64,000 nucleotides of DNA, from assembly GCA_965248265.1 (NCBI GenBank), contig CBDFJF010000002.1:416001-480000 (forward strand), given 5' to 3'. This document shows, one piece after another, positions 10,214 to 19,762 of this stretch. The first letter of the stretch is position 1; each line of letters opens with the position of its first letter. Source of the stretch: Candidatus Latescibacterota bacterium (GTDB lineage: Bacteria; Latescibacterota; UBA2968; UBA8231). Both the position numbers and the translations under genes were made by a program. The notes beneath the pieces were generated by a model. That model saw only the letters and a program-made list of their open reading frames with translations. It was not told the origin of the DNA and ran no database searches.

Positions 10214-11044
10214 GTGTACATGCCAATGATTGGAGCTGACGAACGGGAAATCTATGAACAGCAGGGGGTTCTGCGAGGGTTCAAGGTTTTTGAGGCAGAC
10301 ACGGTGGCGCGGTTTAATCGGGAGTATGAGCGGTTGGTGGGGCTTTTGCCGGAAGGGAAGACGGTGGGGGAGATTTTGAACTGGCATCATTATGATCGGT
10401 TTTTGTATGAACTGGTTTCGGAGGCGCGGATTCTGGACTATGTGGAAGATTTGCTGGGGCCGGATTTTTATGTGTGGGGGAGTCAGTTTTTTAGCAAGGC
10501 GCCGCATGATGAGACCCCGGTGCACTGGCACCAAGATGCGTTTTATTGGCCGTTGACGCCGCGGGAGACGGTGACGGTTTGGATTGCGTTTGGCGATTCG
10601 AGTGTGGGAAATGGGTGTATGCAGGTAGTGCCAGGGAGCCATCGGGCGGGGATGCTGAAGCATCGGGAGGCGTCGGGGCAGTCTACGGGGTTGTGGATTG
10701 AGTTGGAGGGCGGGCAATTTTTGGAGTCGGACGCGATGAATGTGGAATTGAAGGCGGGCGAGATTTCACTGCATGACGATCATATGGTGCATGGGTCCGG
10801 GGGGAATTTCTCTGACAGGGCGCGGGTGGGGCTGGCGGTTCGATATTCGCCCACGTATGTGAAGTGCGACACGACGATCTGGCCGAAGTTTGTGAGCCAC
10901 CTGGTGCGGGGGGAGGATCGATACGGGCACAATCCAAAGGGGGAGCCGCCTGTTGCGGCACTGGATCACTATGTGCAGGTGATTCCGCTGACGGCGCCTG
11001 ACGTGCGGCATAAGTTGCTTGAGATGCGGGAAGCGGGGCTGTAG
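10214..11044 (+). CDS. PhyH-family Fe(II)/2OG dioxygenase
   Basis: FFSKAP, WHQDAFYW, NGCMQVVPGSH, HGSGGN..R. Confidence 0.9.
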   Translation: MYMPMIGADEREIYEQQGVLRGFKVFEADTVARFNREYERLVGLLPEGKTVGEILNWHHYDRFLYELVSEARILDYVEDLLGPDFYVWGSQFFSKAPHDETPVHWHQDAFYWPLTPRETVTVWIAFGDSSVGNGCMQVVPGSHRAGMLKHREASGQSTGLWIELEGGQFLESDAMNVELKAGEISLHDDHMVHGSGGNFSDRARVGLAVRYSPTYVKCDTTIWPKFVSHLVRGEDRYGHNPKGEPPVAALDHYVQVIPLTAPDVRHKLLEMREAGL

Positions 11045-11167
11045 CCCTTGTGGTGAACATGAAACTGTAGTGCGTCCAAGCGACTGCATGGACTCATCCC
11101 GTTTCTTTACCATTAGCTCAACCCTACCGTAGGCGTTCGGTCACCTGACACACACGAGCGAGGAGAC

Positions 11168-11584
11168 ATGGGGGTCATCAGAGCCGAGGCGCGGCCGACC
11201 AAGGTGGGGGCGACAGAGCGTTTCACCGGGCAAGTCTGGCAGGACGAGCTCGTCGTCGGCACCACTCCATCTCGTTTACGTGCCTCTATCGTTTCGTTCA
11301 GCCCCGGTGCTCGCACCGCCTGGCATTCGCATCCCGTCGGGCAGACTCTCTACGTCGTATCAGGAATCGGGCGACTCCAGCTGGAGGGTGAGGGCGTGCA
11401 GGAGCTCAGACCTGGAGACACCGGGATCATTCCTTCCGATACCCGGCACTGGCACGGTGCCGGGCCGGATCGCTTCTTCGTCCATCTGGCGATGACGGAG
11501 GTCGATGACACGGGGGGCGTGACTGATTGGTTCGAGCATGTGACCGACGAGGTCTACGTTACCGCGCCAGACCCCGTTGCCTGA
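11168..11584 (+). CDS. Cupin-domain protein
   Basis: FSPGARTAWHSHPVGQTL...RHWHGA; AGGAG RBS. Confidence 0.9.
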   Translation: MGVIRAEARPTKVGATERFTGQVWQDELVVGTTPSRLRASIVSFSPGARTAWHSHPVGQTLYVVSGIGRLQLEGEGVQELRPGDTGIIPSDTRHWHGAGPDRFFVHLAMTEVDDTGGVTDWFEHVTDEVYVTAPDPVA

Positions 11585-12134
11585 GTGCGTTCGATGACCG
11601 TTCTCGTCATCGGCGGTGCCGGATTTATCGGACGGCGCCTGGTTGCCCTCCTGGTCGCGCGTGGCGAGCGGGTGGTGTTCATGGACATAAATCCGGCTCA
11701 GGCATCGTTTGAGCAGTTCGGTGAGGCCGTAGAAGTGGTGCACGGTGACGTCACCCAGTTCGATGACGTAGTCGGCACCATGACGATGGCGAAGCCCGAC
11801 CGTGTCCTCACCCTACCACATCAGCAGCGATCTGCCCCCGCATCAGGCCCTCAAGCTCAATGTGATGGGCATGGGCAACTGCTTCGAAGCGGCGCGGTTA
11901 TGTGAGGTGCCTCATACGGTCTATGCCAGCTCGGTCGCCGTCAACGGGTTGCAATCGCACTATGGGGACCGGCTGGTCCACGAAGACGGGCGCGAGCTAT
12001 GCGACAACTACCTCATCGACAATGCCCGACTGGTCGAGGAGTTCGGTGTGGAATTCCCACCATTCGAGGACCGGGTGCGGCAGACGATCAACGACGTGCG
12101 TCGAGCACACGACCTGCCAGCGATCGACTGTTAG
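11585..12134 (+). pseudogene. NAD-dependent epimerase/dehydratase, frameshifted and internally deleted
   Basis: GGAGFIG N-terminus; homology switches frame near 11815 (YHISSDLPPHQALKLNVMG..YASS); no YxxxK region before the C-terminal NYLIDNARLVEEFG. Confidence 0.75.
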
Positions 12135-13458
12135 GCAGATCATCCGGTACAAACCGGGTAGATTGGTAACACATCTGACCGGGTTGATGGGTGACACTCC
12201 TTCTACTTTTTGACCAACCCAATTGGGAGGTTGGTCGATGCCCTGGATGGAGACAGCACCCATGGAACAACGTAAGCGATTTATCGCCGACGATCAGCGC
12301 GGGCACTACTCGAGAGCGGAGCTGTGCGAGCGATACGGGATCAGCCGCAAAACCGGATACAAGTGGCTTCAGCGGCACGCCGAAGAGGGGGTGCCCGGGT
12401 TACAGGACCGCAGTCACGCGCCCCACACCTGTCCGCATCGCATGGCGCCAGAGATTGCCGAGCTCATTCTCGGAGCGCGCACACGGCACCCCGATTGGGG
12501 ACCGAACAAACTGTTGGACTGGCTGGCGCCTCGACATCCGCACATCTGCTCCTGGCCGGCGGTCAGTACGGCAGGCGATCTGCTGGTGCGCGAAGGCCTG
12601 GTGAAGAAGCGACGACGACGACGCCCACGTCAGCACCCCGGAGCCGTGCCGCCGACCACCGACAACCCCAACGATCTGTGGACGGCCGACTTCAAAGGCC
12701 AATTTCCTACCAAGAACGGAGTTTGGTGTTTCCCTCTCACCATCAGCGATCAGCACACTCGCTATCTCCTGACCTGCCGCGCCCTGCCCGACATCAAGAC
12801 CTTGCATGCGCGTCCGGTCTTCGAGAGAGCCTTCCGCGAATTCGGCCTGCCTCAGGCCATTCGCACCGACAACGGCGTTCCCTTTGCTTCCAGAGGATTG
12901 CATGGGCTATGCCGACTCAACGTTTGGTGGATGAGGCTCGGCATCGTGCACCAGCGGATCCGCCCGGCATCGCCGCAGGAAAATGGCGCCCACGAACGCA
13001 TGCATCGCACCTTGAAGGCCGCTACCTGTCGGCCACCCGCCGCCAACAAGGCCGCCCAGCAGCGATCCTTCCAGCGCTTCCGACAGCTCTACAACGACGA
13101 GCGTCCCCATGACGCCCTCAACGGCAAGACTCCTGGCTCCCGGTACCACCCATCACCCCGGCCCTATCCCGGCCGCATGCCGACCATTGAGTACCCCGGT
13201 CACTTCGTCATCAAGCACGTCACCCGAGCCGGGACCATACGCCTCGGCCACAAGCTCATCTTCATCGCTCAGTCTCTCAAGCATCTCGACATCGGTCTCG
13301 AGGAGATCGACGACGGCGTCTGGGCCATCTACTTCAACACCGTCCTCCTAGCCACCGTCGACGAGAGGGACATGATCGTACGGGAGTGAATTCAATCAAA
13401 ACAATAGTGTCACCCATCAACCCGGTTTAGACTGTTACCTATCAGCCCGGTTGCTGCA
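12129..13458 (+). mobile_element. IS481-family insertion sequence
   Basis: Perfect 21-bp subterminal inverted repeat (12178-12198 and 13406-13426) with further degenerate copies; TGT start; exact ends approximate. Confidence 0.85.
12238..13389 (+). CDS. IS481 transposase (rve integrase core)
   Basis: MPWMET start, ISRKTGYKW HTH, WTADFKG, IRTDNG and PQENGAHERMHRTLK; GGGAGG RBS. Confidence 0.95.
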   Translation: MPWMETAPMEQRKRFIADDQRGHYSRAELCERYGISRKTGYKWLQRHAEEGVPGLQDRSHAPHTCPHRMAPEIAELILGARTRHPDWGPNKLLDWLAPRHPHICSWPAVSTAGDLLVREGLVKKRRRRRPRQHPGAVPPTTDNPNDLWTADFKGQFPTKNGVWCFPLTISDQHTRYLLTCRALPDIKTLHARPVFERAFREFGLPQAIRTDNGVPFASRGLHGLCRLNVWWMRLGIVHQRIRPASPQENGAHERMHRTLKAATCRPPAANKAAQQRSFQRFRQLYNDERPHDALNGKTPGSRYHPSPRPYPGRMPTIEYPGHFVIKHVTRAGTIRLGHKLIFIAQSLKHLDIGLEEIDDGVWAIYFNTVLLATVDERDMIVRE

Positions 13459-13519
13459 TCCCGGTTGCTGCAATCCTGCAGACGGTGCCGAGCGAGCGGC
13501 GAGTGACCCTCAAAGCCCA

Positions 13520-13550
13520 TTGACAGAGTACCGATAACGCCGTTTATAAC
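13520..13550 (+). promoter_or_regulatory. Possible sigma70 promoter for the uxuA-like operon
   Basis: TTGACA followed 19 bp later by TATAAC; the spacer is longer than optimal. Confidence 0.3.
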
Positions 13551-13606
13551 CACCACCACCGCCAATACTCGCGTCTCCGACCGCAGGTACCTACCAAGGG
13601 GAATGA

Positions 13607-14596
13607 ATGGAATTGAAAATGCGTCCGGGCTTAGGCCAGTTTTCGGAGCTCACCGACGACATGTTGCGTTTCATCAAGCAGCTCGGTGCCGACGATTTCC
13701 TCATGAACAGGGCCAAGCTGCCCGGCGACCACGAGTGGTCGTATGAGGATCTCAAAGCACTCAAGGACAGAGCCGATGCCGCCGATCTGCGGCTGATGGC
13801 GCTCGAGAACGTGCCCATCGACTTCAACATAGACATCATGGTCGCCGGTCCAGCCAGAGACCAGCAGATCGGCCACATGGCCAACATAGTCCGCAACATG
13901 GGTAAGGCCGGCATTCCCATCCTCGGTTATCACTGGATGCCCAACCACGTCTGGCGCACCGAGCCCATGGCCGAGCTGCGGGGCGGTGCGCGGGCGACGC
14001 GCTTCGACATGGCCGAGCATGATCCCGTCGAGCTCACCCACGGCCGCGTCTATACCAAAGAGGAAATGCTTGAGAACTTCGACTATTACCTCGAACGCAT
14101 TCTCCCGGTAGCGGAGGAAGCCGGCGTAACCCTGGCGCTGCATCCCGACGACCCCCCGGTGGACTCGCTGGGCGGTATCGGACGCATCTTCGGATCGTTC
14201 GAGGAGTTCAAACGGGGTATCGACAAATTCGACAGTCCCAACCATCAGCTCGATTTCTGCATGGGCTGCTGGTCGGAGATGAGCGCTGAGGGCGCCATCC
14301 CCGCCATCAGTCATTTTGCCGAGCGCGATCGCATCGCCTACGTCCACTTTCGCTTTGTTCAGGGGGAAGTGCCCTGTTTCAATGAGTGCTTCATCGACGA
14401 GGGCAGCGTCGACCCATTCGAAGCCGTCAGGGCGTTGAAGGAAGCCGGTTTCACCGGGTTCTTGATCACGGACCATGTCCCCAAACTGGAAGGCGACACC
14501 ACCTGGGGCCATCGCGGACGGGCATACGCGCTGGGGTACATCAAGTGTCTGATTCAGTGGGCGGAGAGGTTAAATGGAGGGCGACACAATGCTTGA
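13607..14596 (+). CDS. Mannonate dehydratase (UxuA)-family protein
   Basis: GIPILGYHWMP, LALHPDDPP, FCMGCWSEM, YVHFR, DHVP and AYALGYIK. Confidence 0.85.
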   Translation: MELKMRPGLGQFSELTDDMLRFIKQLGADDFLMNRAKLPGDHEWSYEDLKALKDRADAADLRLMALENVPIDFNIDIMVAGPARDQQIGHMANIVRNMGKAGIPILGYHWMPNHVWRTEPMAELRGGARATRFDMAEHDPVELTHGRVYTKEEMLENFDYYLERILPVAEEAGVTLALHPDDPPVDSLGGIGRIFGSFEEFKRGIDKFDSPNHQLDFCMGCWSEMSAEGAIPAISHFAERDRIAYVHFRFVQGEVPCFNECFIDEGSVDPFEAVRALKEAGFTGFLITDHVPKLEGDTTWGHRGRAYALGYIKCLIQWAERLNGGRHNA

Positions 14597-15473
14597 AATG
14601 AGCGAACGTGAGAAGTTTCTGTTCGATCTGCAGGGATTCCTGCACGTGGGCGACTTTCTCACCGCCGACGAGGTCGGCGCCCTGAATGAAGCCGTGGATG
14701 CCAATGTCGTCCCCATGGAGGAGTACGACTATCCGGGACCCAATCAGTATGCCGGCGGCATGGACGGCAAATTCGGCGTCCGCTCCGAACACGGCATGCT
14801 GGCCTGGGAAAAGCCCTGGTGTCTGCCGTTTCGCGAGCTCATCGCCCATCCCAAGCTCATCCCGTACACGAACTCGATCTTCGGCCGCGGTTGGCGCCTG
14901 GATTCGGAGCCCGCCATCATTATGGCCCGCAAGGGTACGGGCGGACACGGTCTGCACGGCCATACCAGCCGGCGATGCGACGCGTCGCAGGGGTACGCCT
15001 TCGCCAACGGCGAGTTCCGCGGCGGCATGACGGTGTTTCAGTATGTGCTGCGCGACATGGGCGAAGGATCTGGTGGTTTCGCCTGCATTCCGGGCAGCCA
15101 CAAGGCCAACTTCAAGTGCCCGGAGGATATCATGCTCCACAACTGCGACCGCGAGGCCGTGCGCAGCGTGGCCGCCAAGGCAGGAGACCTGATCATCTTT
15201 CTGGAGGCCACCATTCACGGGTCGCTGCCCTGGCAGGCGGACTACGAGCGCCGGGTGCTCCTGTACCGCTACAGCCCCAAGTTCAGCAGCTTTCACAACT
15301 TGTGGGAAGTGAAGATGCCGGAGTGGGTCGACGAGCTCACCGATGTCCAGCGAGCGGTACTGGAGCCGCCGTACAATTCCCGGCGGCCATTGATAGAAGA
15401 CGACGGGACCACGCTGGTTCAGCCCTCGCAGGAGCCCAAGCCGTACATACCCCGCAAGCGTCACGAGATGTAG
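14589..15473 (+). CDS. PhyH-family dioxygenase with a non-canonical metal motif
   Basis: FDLQGFL, GGFACIPGSHK, AGDLIIFLEATIHG..RR; GLHGH where HxD is expected. Confidence 0.8.
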   Translation: MLEMSEREKFLFDLQGFLHVGDFLTADEVGALNEAVDANVVPMEEYDYPGPNQYAGGMDGKFGVRSEHGMLAWEKPWCLPFRELIAHPKLIPYTNSIFGRGWRLDSEPAIIMARKGTGGHGLHGHTSRRCDASQGYAFANGEFRGGMTVFQYVLRDMGEGSGGFACIPGSHKANFKCPEDIMLHNCDREAVRSVAAKAGDLIIFLEATIHGSLPWQADYERRVLLYRYSPKFSSFHNLWEVKMPEWVDELTDVQRAVLEPPYNSRRPLIEDDGTTLVQPSQEPKPYIPRKRHEM

Positions 15474-15500
15474 CAGCAAGCAAACCAAAGGAGAAACGTC

Positions 15501-16100
15501 ATGGGAGCTGATCCGAACAAAGTCCGCGTCAGCGGCGAAAACTCATTCTTGCGCCTGGGCGAGTCGGAGGACGGCGATCCGACGGTGGAGATGAGCCACT
15601 GGCGGGTGGTGGCATCCCCCAAGGGAGTCGGACACATCCTCTTTGCCAAGAGCGTCCTGTCGAAGGGCGAGCCGCGGATCTATTCAGACAACTTCGCTCT
15701 GGCACGTTGGCTCCAGGAAGGCGTCCAGGCTTCCATGCGCGACACCTATTCCGGCGACATCCCCATCATCGATGCCGAATTCTCGAAAAGCGGTGATATG
15801 TTGACCTGTTGGGTCGAACGCGTCGCCTCGCGGGATGAGGAGATCGTCCTGGTCTGGTCAGACTTCATGGCACCAGTCCAGGTCGCCAATCAGCCGTTCG
15901 ACAATCCCGAGCAGCCCCACGGCGTCTACAGCCTGTTGATTCCCGCCCGGCGGGCACAACTGACCATCAATGGCAACACCGCTCCGGGGCGCGTCCTGTC
16001 CAGAGACCTGTTCGGCAGGGAGGGCACCAGCTGCTGTCTGGCCCTTTCCGAGACCTGGACGATTCCGCCCGATCACGAATGGGCGCAGGATGCGCTATAG
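15501..16100 (+). CDS. Hypothetical protein
   Basis: AGGAG RBS, operon position and typical codon usage; no recognised motif. Confidence 0.75.
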   Translation: MGADPNKVRVSGENSFLRLGESEDGDPTVEMSHWRVVASPKGVGHILFAKSVLSKGEPRIYSDNFALARWLQEGVQASMRDTYSGDIPIIDAEFSKSGDMLTCWVERVASRDEEIVLVWSDFMAPVQVANQPFDNPEQPHGVYSLLIPARRAQLTINGNTAPGRVLSRDLFGREGTSCCLALSETWTIPPDHEWAQDAL

Positions 16101-16109
16101 AACCGTCTG

Positions 16110-17141
16110 ATGATTTCGCCGAGCAACAAGGCGTGGCTCGAGCGCACGGTTGAGGAGACGATCGAGCCGGCGCTGCCGATCTGCGATCCGCACCACCATC
16201 TCTGGGAGTTCCGCCACGAGCGGGTCGCCCATCGCTACCTGCTCGACGACCTCCTGGACGACGTCAACGCCGGCCACAACATCGTGTCAACCGTATTCAT
16301 CGAATGCGGCGCCATGTACCGCTCCACCGGCCCGGAGAGCCATCGCGTGATCGGCGAAACGGAGTTTGTCAACGGCATCGCGGCGATGAGCGCCTCCGGT
16401 CTCTACGGCCCGTGTCGCATCGCGGCCGGCATCGTTGGCACCGCGAACCTGAACCTCGGTGGAGCCGTGGGTGAGGTGCTCGACGCACACGTGCGGACCG
16501 GTGGCGGCCGGTTTCGCGGCATCCGTCACCAGGGCACCTGGGACTCCAGCGAAGCGGTGCCGAACGGCCGCAACGATCCGGGCCAGCACGCATTTCTGGA
16601 TCCGATTTTTCGCCAGGGGTTCGCCCAGTTGGCACCCCGCCGACTAAGCTTCGAGGGCTGGTGTTACCACCCCCAGATTCCCGACCTCACCGATCTGGCA
16701 CGCGCCTTCCCGGACACCACCATCGTGCTCAACCACTTCGGCGGTCCGCTCGGCATCGGACCCTACGCGGGCAAACGTGAGGACGCTTTCCCGGGCTGGA
16801 AGTGGCATGTGGCGGAGCTTGCGGCCTGCGACAACGTCGTGGCGAAGCTCGGTGGCATCAACATGGAGCTGAACGGCTTCAGCTGGAACGAGCAGGTGGC
16901 ACCGCCAACCAGCCAGGCGCTGATGGAGGCGACCCGGCCCTACTACGAGCACACCATCGACGTGTTCGGGCCGGACCGCTGCATGTTCGAGTCCAACTTC
17001 CCGGTGGACATGGTGACCTGCAGTTACAATCTATTGTGGAATTCGTTCAAGCGTCTCACGGCAGCGTACAGTGCGCAGGACAAGGCGAAGCTCTTCCACG
17101 ACACGGCCACCCGGGTCTATCGACTGGACTCGGCGGAATGA
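16110..17141 (+). CDS. Amidohydrolase-2 family protein (sugar lactonase-like)
   Basis: DPHHHLW, FRGIRH, VLNHFGGP, KLGG and MFESNFPVD. Confidence 0.9.
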   Translation: MISPSNKAWLERTVEETIEPALPICDPHHHLWEFRHERVAHRYLLDDLLDDVNAGHNIVSTVFIECGAMYRSTGPESHRVIGETEFVNGIAAMSASGLYGPCRIAAGIVGTANLNLGGAVGEVLDAHVRTGGGRFRGIRHQGTWDSSEAVPNGRNDPGQHAFLDPIFRQGFAQLAPRRLSFEGWCYHPQIPDLTDLARAFPDTTIVLNHFGGPLGIGPYAGKREDAFPGWKWHVAELAACDNVVAKLGGINMELNGFSWNEQVAPPTSQALMEATRPYYEHTIDVFGPDRCMFESNFPVDMVTCSYNLLWNSFKRLTAAYSAQDKAKLFHDTATRVYRLDSAE

Positions 17142-17184
17142 GCCCGCAATAAAGCTGCTCCCACCTCCAACAGGAGACTGTGCC

Positions 17185-17565
17185 ATGACCGATGTCAGCA
17201 CCATCGAAATGATCAGCGCCAGCGCGCCACAGGGCCCCCTTCCCGACATGCCCATCGATGCACAATTAGTCACGGCCGGCAGCCCGGTCGCCCGTGGCGC
17301 CGTCCTCAACCAGTCGGCCGACAAAACCCTTTCGAGCGGGCTGTGGACGTGCGAGCCGGGCGAGTTCGACTGGACCTACACCTGGGACGAGTTCGTTTAT
17401 GTGCTGGAAGGGGATGTGACGATCACCGAAGGGGGCGGCAGGAGCTACGACGTCGGCCCCGGCGACATGGCGCACTTTCCGATCGGGCTGAAGGCGCACT
17501 GGAACGTCAAGAAAGCTATGAGGAAGTTCTTCGTGCTGAAGACTACAGAGCCGCTGGAGTTATAG
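17185..17565 (+). CDS. Cupin_3/EutQ-like (DUF861) protein
   Basis: SGLWTCEPG, DEFVYVLEG, GPGD..FP.G..W..RKFF; CAGGAG RBS. Confidence 0.85.
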   Translation: MTDVSTIEMISASAPQGPLPDMPIDAQLVTAGSPVARGAVLNQSADKTLSSGLWTCEPGEFDWTYTWDEFVYVLEGDVTITEGGGRSYDVGPGDMAHFPIGLKAHWNVKKAMRKFFVLKTTEPLEL

Positions 17566-17615
17566 GTAGGCGCTGAGCCGACTGGCACCGGAAGGAGATC
17601 AACCGGTCGTACCGG

Positions 17616-18902
17616 TTAGTCCGTCGACTGAATCGGGGCGTAGGGATAGACGGCGACGGAGGCGGATGTGCTGCGGTCCCGCTCGAGCAGGGAGCGTGCT
17701 TCCGGCCATGTCTTGACGAAGGACACACCCTGGAAGTTGTCGCGGTCTGACTTTGTGGTGTAGGGGGAGCAGATGATGACCCGATCTGCGCCGCCAATTT
17801 TGAATTGCCGTCGTCCCGGCGACCATCCGCGGCCGCCGAAGGCAGTTCCGAAGCGGCCGAACAGATAGTGGGTATGGCTGAGGCCATTGTCGCTGTGTGA
17901 GAGGATGACGACATCTCCACCCGGTTTCACGGATTGACCAGCCAGCCAGAGCCCCTTGGTAGGTTGATCCTCCATCGGGTAGGCATTGACGACGACGATG
18001 TCCGATTCAGCCGCCACCGTCGTCGAGTAAATCCCCTTGCCGAAGGCCGAGGCGCGCCGATGGGTCTCGACGAAATCGCCGGCAAAAAGGCCAACAACCT
18101 CGCGACGATTATTCTGCACCAGGTCCACCTTCATGTCGAGTTCAGCGATTCGGGCGGCCTCTTCAATGTTGAGGCGTGGAAGCGGGATCTCGTCGGTGAC
18201 ATGCGGATCGGGCGGCCGGTCAGCGACCCGCTCCTGGAATTTCAGGTGATGGTCCGAGATCGTTTCAATGCCGGAAACGCCAGGCAACACAATCTTGCCG
18301 CCGCCGTTGTAGATGTGCTTCGAGTAGTAGGGAATGACGCCGCCGATGGCGACTCTCAGATCGCAGGAGGCGACCTCCCTGTTGATGTAAACGGGCGTGC
18401 CAAAACTGGTTTCGCCAACGAGGACTACGTTTTCATACACGTTGTGATTGTAGACGGCGTAGTTCTCGACGATCTCAGTCCCGAGTTTCTTGACGATCTC
18501 CGCCCGCATCATCGGCGCATGGGTACCGATGGCGGCGACAAAGCGGATTTGATCTTCCTCCATGCCGCCGCTGAGCAACTCTCCGAGCACAAAGGGAGCA
18601 ACGCGAGATACAGGTGTCGGTCGAATGAGGTCGTCGAACAGAATGGCGACCCGGCTGGCACTGGCGGCCATCTCACGCAGGCGCGCTGTTCCGTGTGGTG
18701 CCGCCAGGCTGGCGCGGATCTCAGCGTCGCTGAGGGCAAGTGCGTCGTGACCCAGCATGGTGCAGTTCGTCACGGTCCAGCTGTCGGGGAAGGTCAGATC
18801 GAGATCGGTTGTCTCGCCCCAGGCGGCAATCTGGACTGTAACCTTGTTTGAGATCACCGGGTCAGTCCGGGGGCTGGCCACTTCAGTCGAATGTTCTCCC
18901 AC
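17616..18902 (-). CDS. LarA-family (DUF2088) nickel-pincer racemase/epimerase homolog
   Basis: DDLIRPTP, AIGTH, GTPVYIN and GGGKIVLPGVSG. Confidence 0.82.
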   Translation of the reverse strand: MGEHSTEVASPRTDPVISNKVTVQIAAWGETTDLDLTFPDSWTVTNCTMLGHDALALSDAEIRASLAAPHGTARLREMAASASRVAILFDDLIRPTPVSRVAPFVLGELLSGGMEEDQIRFVAAIGTHAPMMRAEIVKKLGTEIVENYAVYNHNVYENVVLVGETSFGTPVYINREVASCDLRVAIGGVIPYYSKHIYNGGGKIVLPGVSGIETISDHHLKFQERVADRPPDPHVTDEIPLPRLNIEEAARIAELDMKVDLVQNNRREVVGLFAGDFVETHRRASAFGKGIYSTTVAAESDIVVVNAYPMEDQPTKGLWLAGQSVKPGGDVVILSHSDNGLSHTHYLFGRFGTAFGGRGWSPGRRQFKIGGADRVIICSPYTTKSDRDNFQGVSFVKTWPEARSLLERDRSTSASVAVYPYAPIQSTD

Positions 18903-18905
18903 GCC

Positions 18906-19725
18906 TTAAAGCCCCCGCATCACCTTCTCAGCTGTGCTGTGGAAGAGCCACTCCTTGTCATCCTCGGTGAAAAAGGGGATGTGGGTCCGCACCAGATCGA
19001 CGGCATTGGCGTAGCCGCACTTGAGCTGGACACCAGGGAAGTCGGTCCCCCATAACAGACGCTGCGGGCCGTAGAGATCATATATGCGGTGGATGAGGTC
19101 GTAGGTCGGGGAATGGGTAATCCTCCTGGGACTTGCCCTGCACGTTCGACACCTTCACATGTACGTTCGGGTACTTAGCAAGACGAATCGTGGCTTCGAT
19201 TAGGGGCGCCTGCTTTTCAGGGTCTATTGGCAAACCGTTGAGATGGTCAAGGAGGATGTTGACGCCGGGAAAGCGCTGTGCCATCGGCTCGACGCAGGAG
19301 TGATCTCTGGACGAGCCGAGAATGCCGAAGGCGACCCCCAACTCCTGGGCCCGCTCCCACAGCGGCCACCGATCCTGGCCGTGAAAATCGTCGAGATTCT
19401 TCTCCCATCCCAGTTCGAGACGCAGACCGCTGAAGCTGTGCTCGCGGATCAGTTCCTCCAACTTGCTGGGTCCCTCCGGTGAAACCGGATCGACGAGGCC
19501 CAGGGCGGTGAAGCGATCGGGGAACCGCTTGATACAGTCGGCGATATAGCGGTTGTCCCACGAGTAGGTCCGCGGCTGGACAATGACGGCCTTGTCGACG
19601 CCGGCTTCGTCCATTATCGGGAGCAGGTATTCGACCGAAGCGGGCCGGTTGGGCTTGCCACCGACGACATAGGGAAACTGGCTCTCGTCATCGGCGTAGA
19701 CATGCAGGTGTGAATCGATGATCAT
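18906..19725 (-). pseudogene. Amidohydrolase-2 family protein with one frameshift
   Basis: IDSHLH...LLDHL...KVS...YPFPD, then a second frame continues YDLIHRIYDLYGPQRLLWGTDFP...RGL to TAA at 18906. Confidence 0.8.
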
Positions 19726-19762
19726 GGGTTAGCTCCTTCTACCTTGACTTCTCGGGTCGAAA

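Noticed and set aside
10214-11044. SyrB2-like halogenase
   Set aside because: It retains the HQD carboxylate ligand, which indicates a hydroxylase-type site.
11582-11596. TGA readthrough or selenocysteine fusing the cupin to the epimerase (similarly rfbF to rfbH at 4974-4979)
   Set aside because: Both upstream proteins are complete at the stop, downstream starts follow immediately, and no SECIS-like hairpin or Cys-equivalent position was evident.
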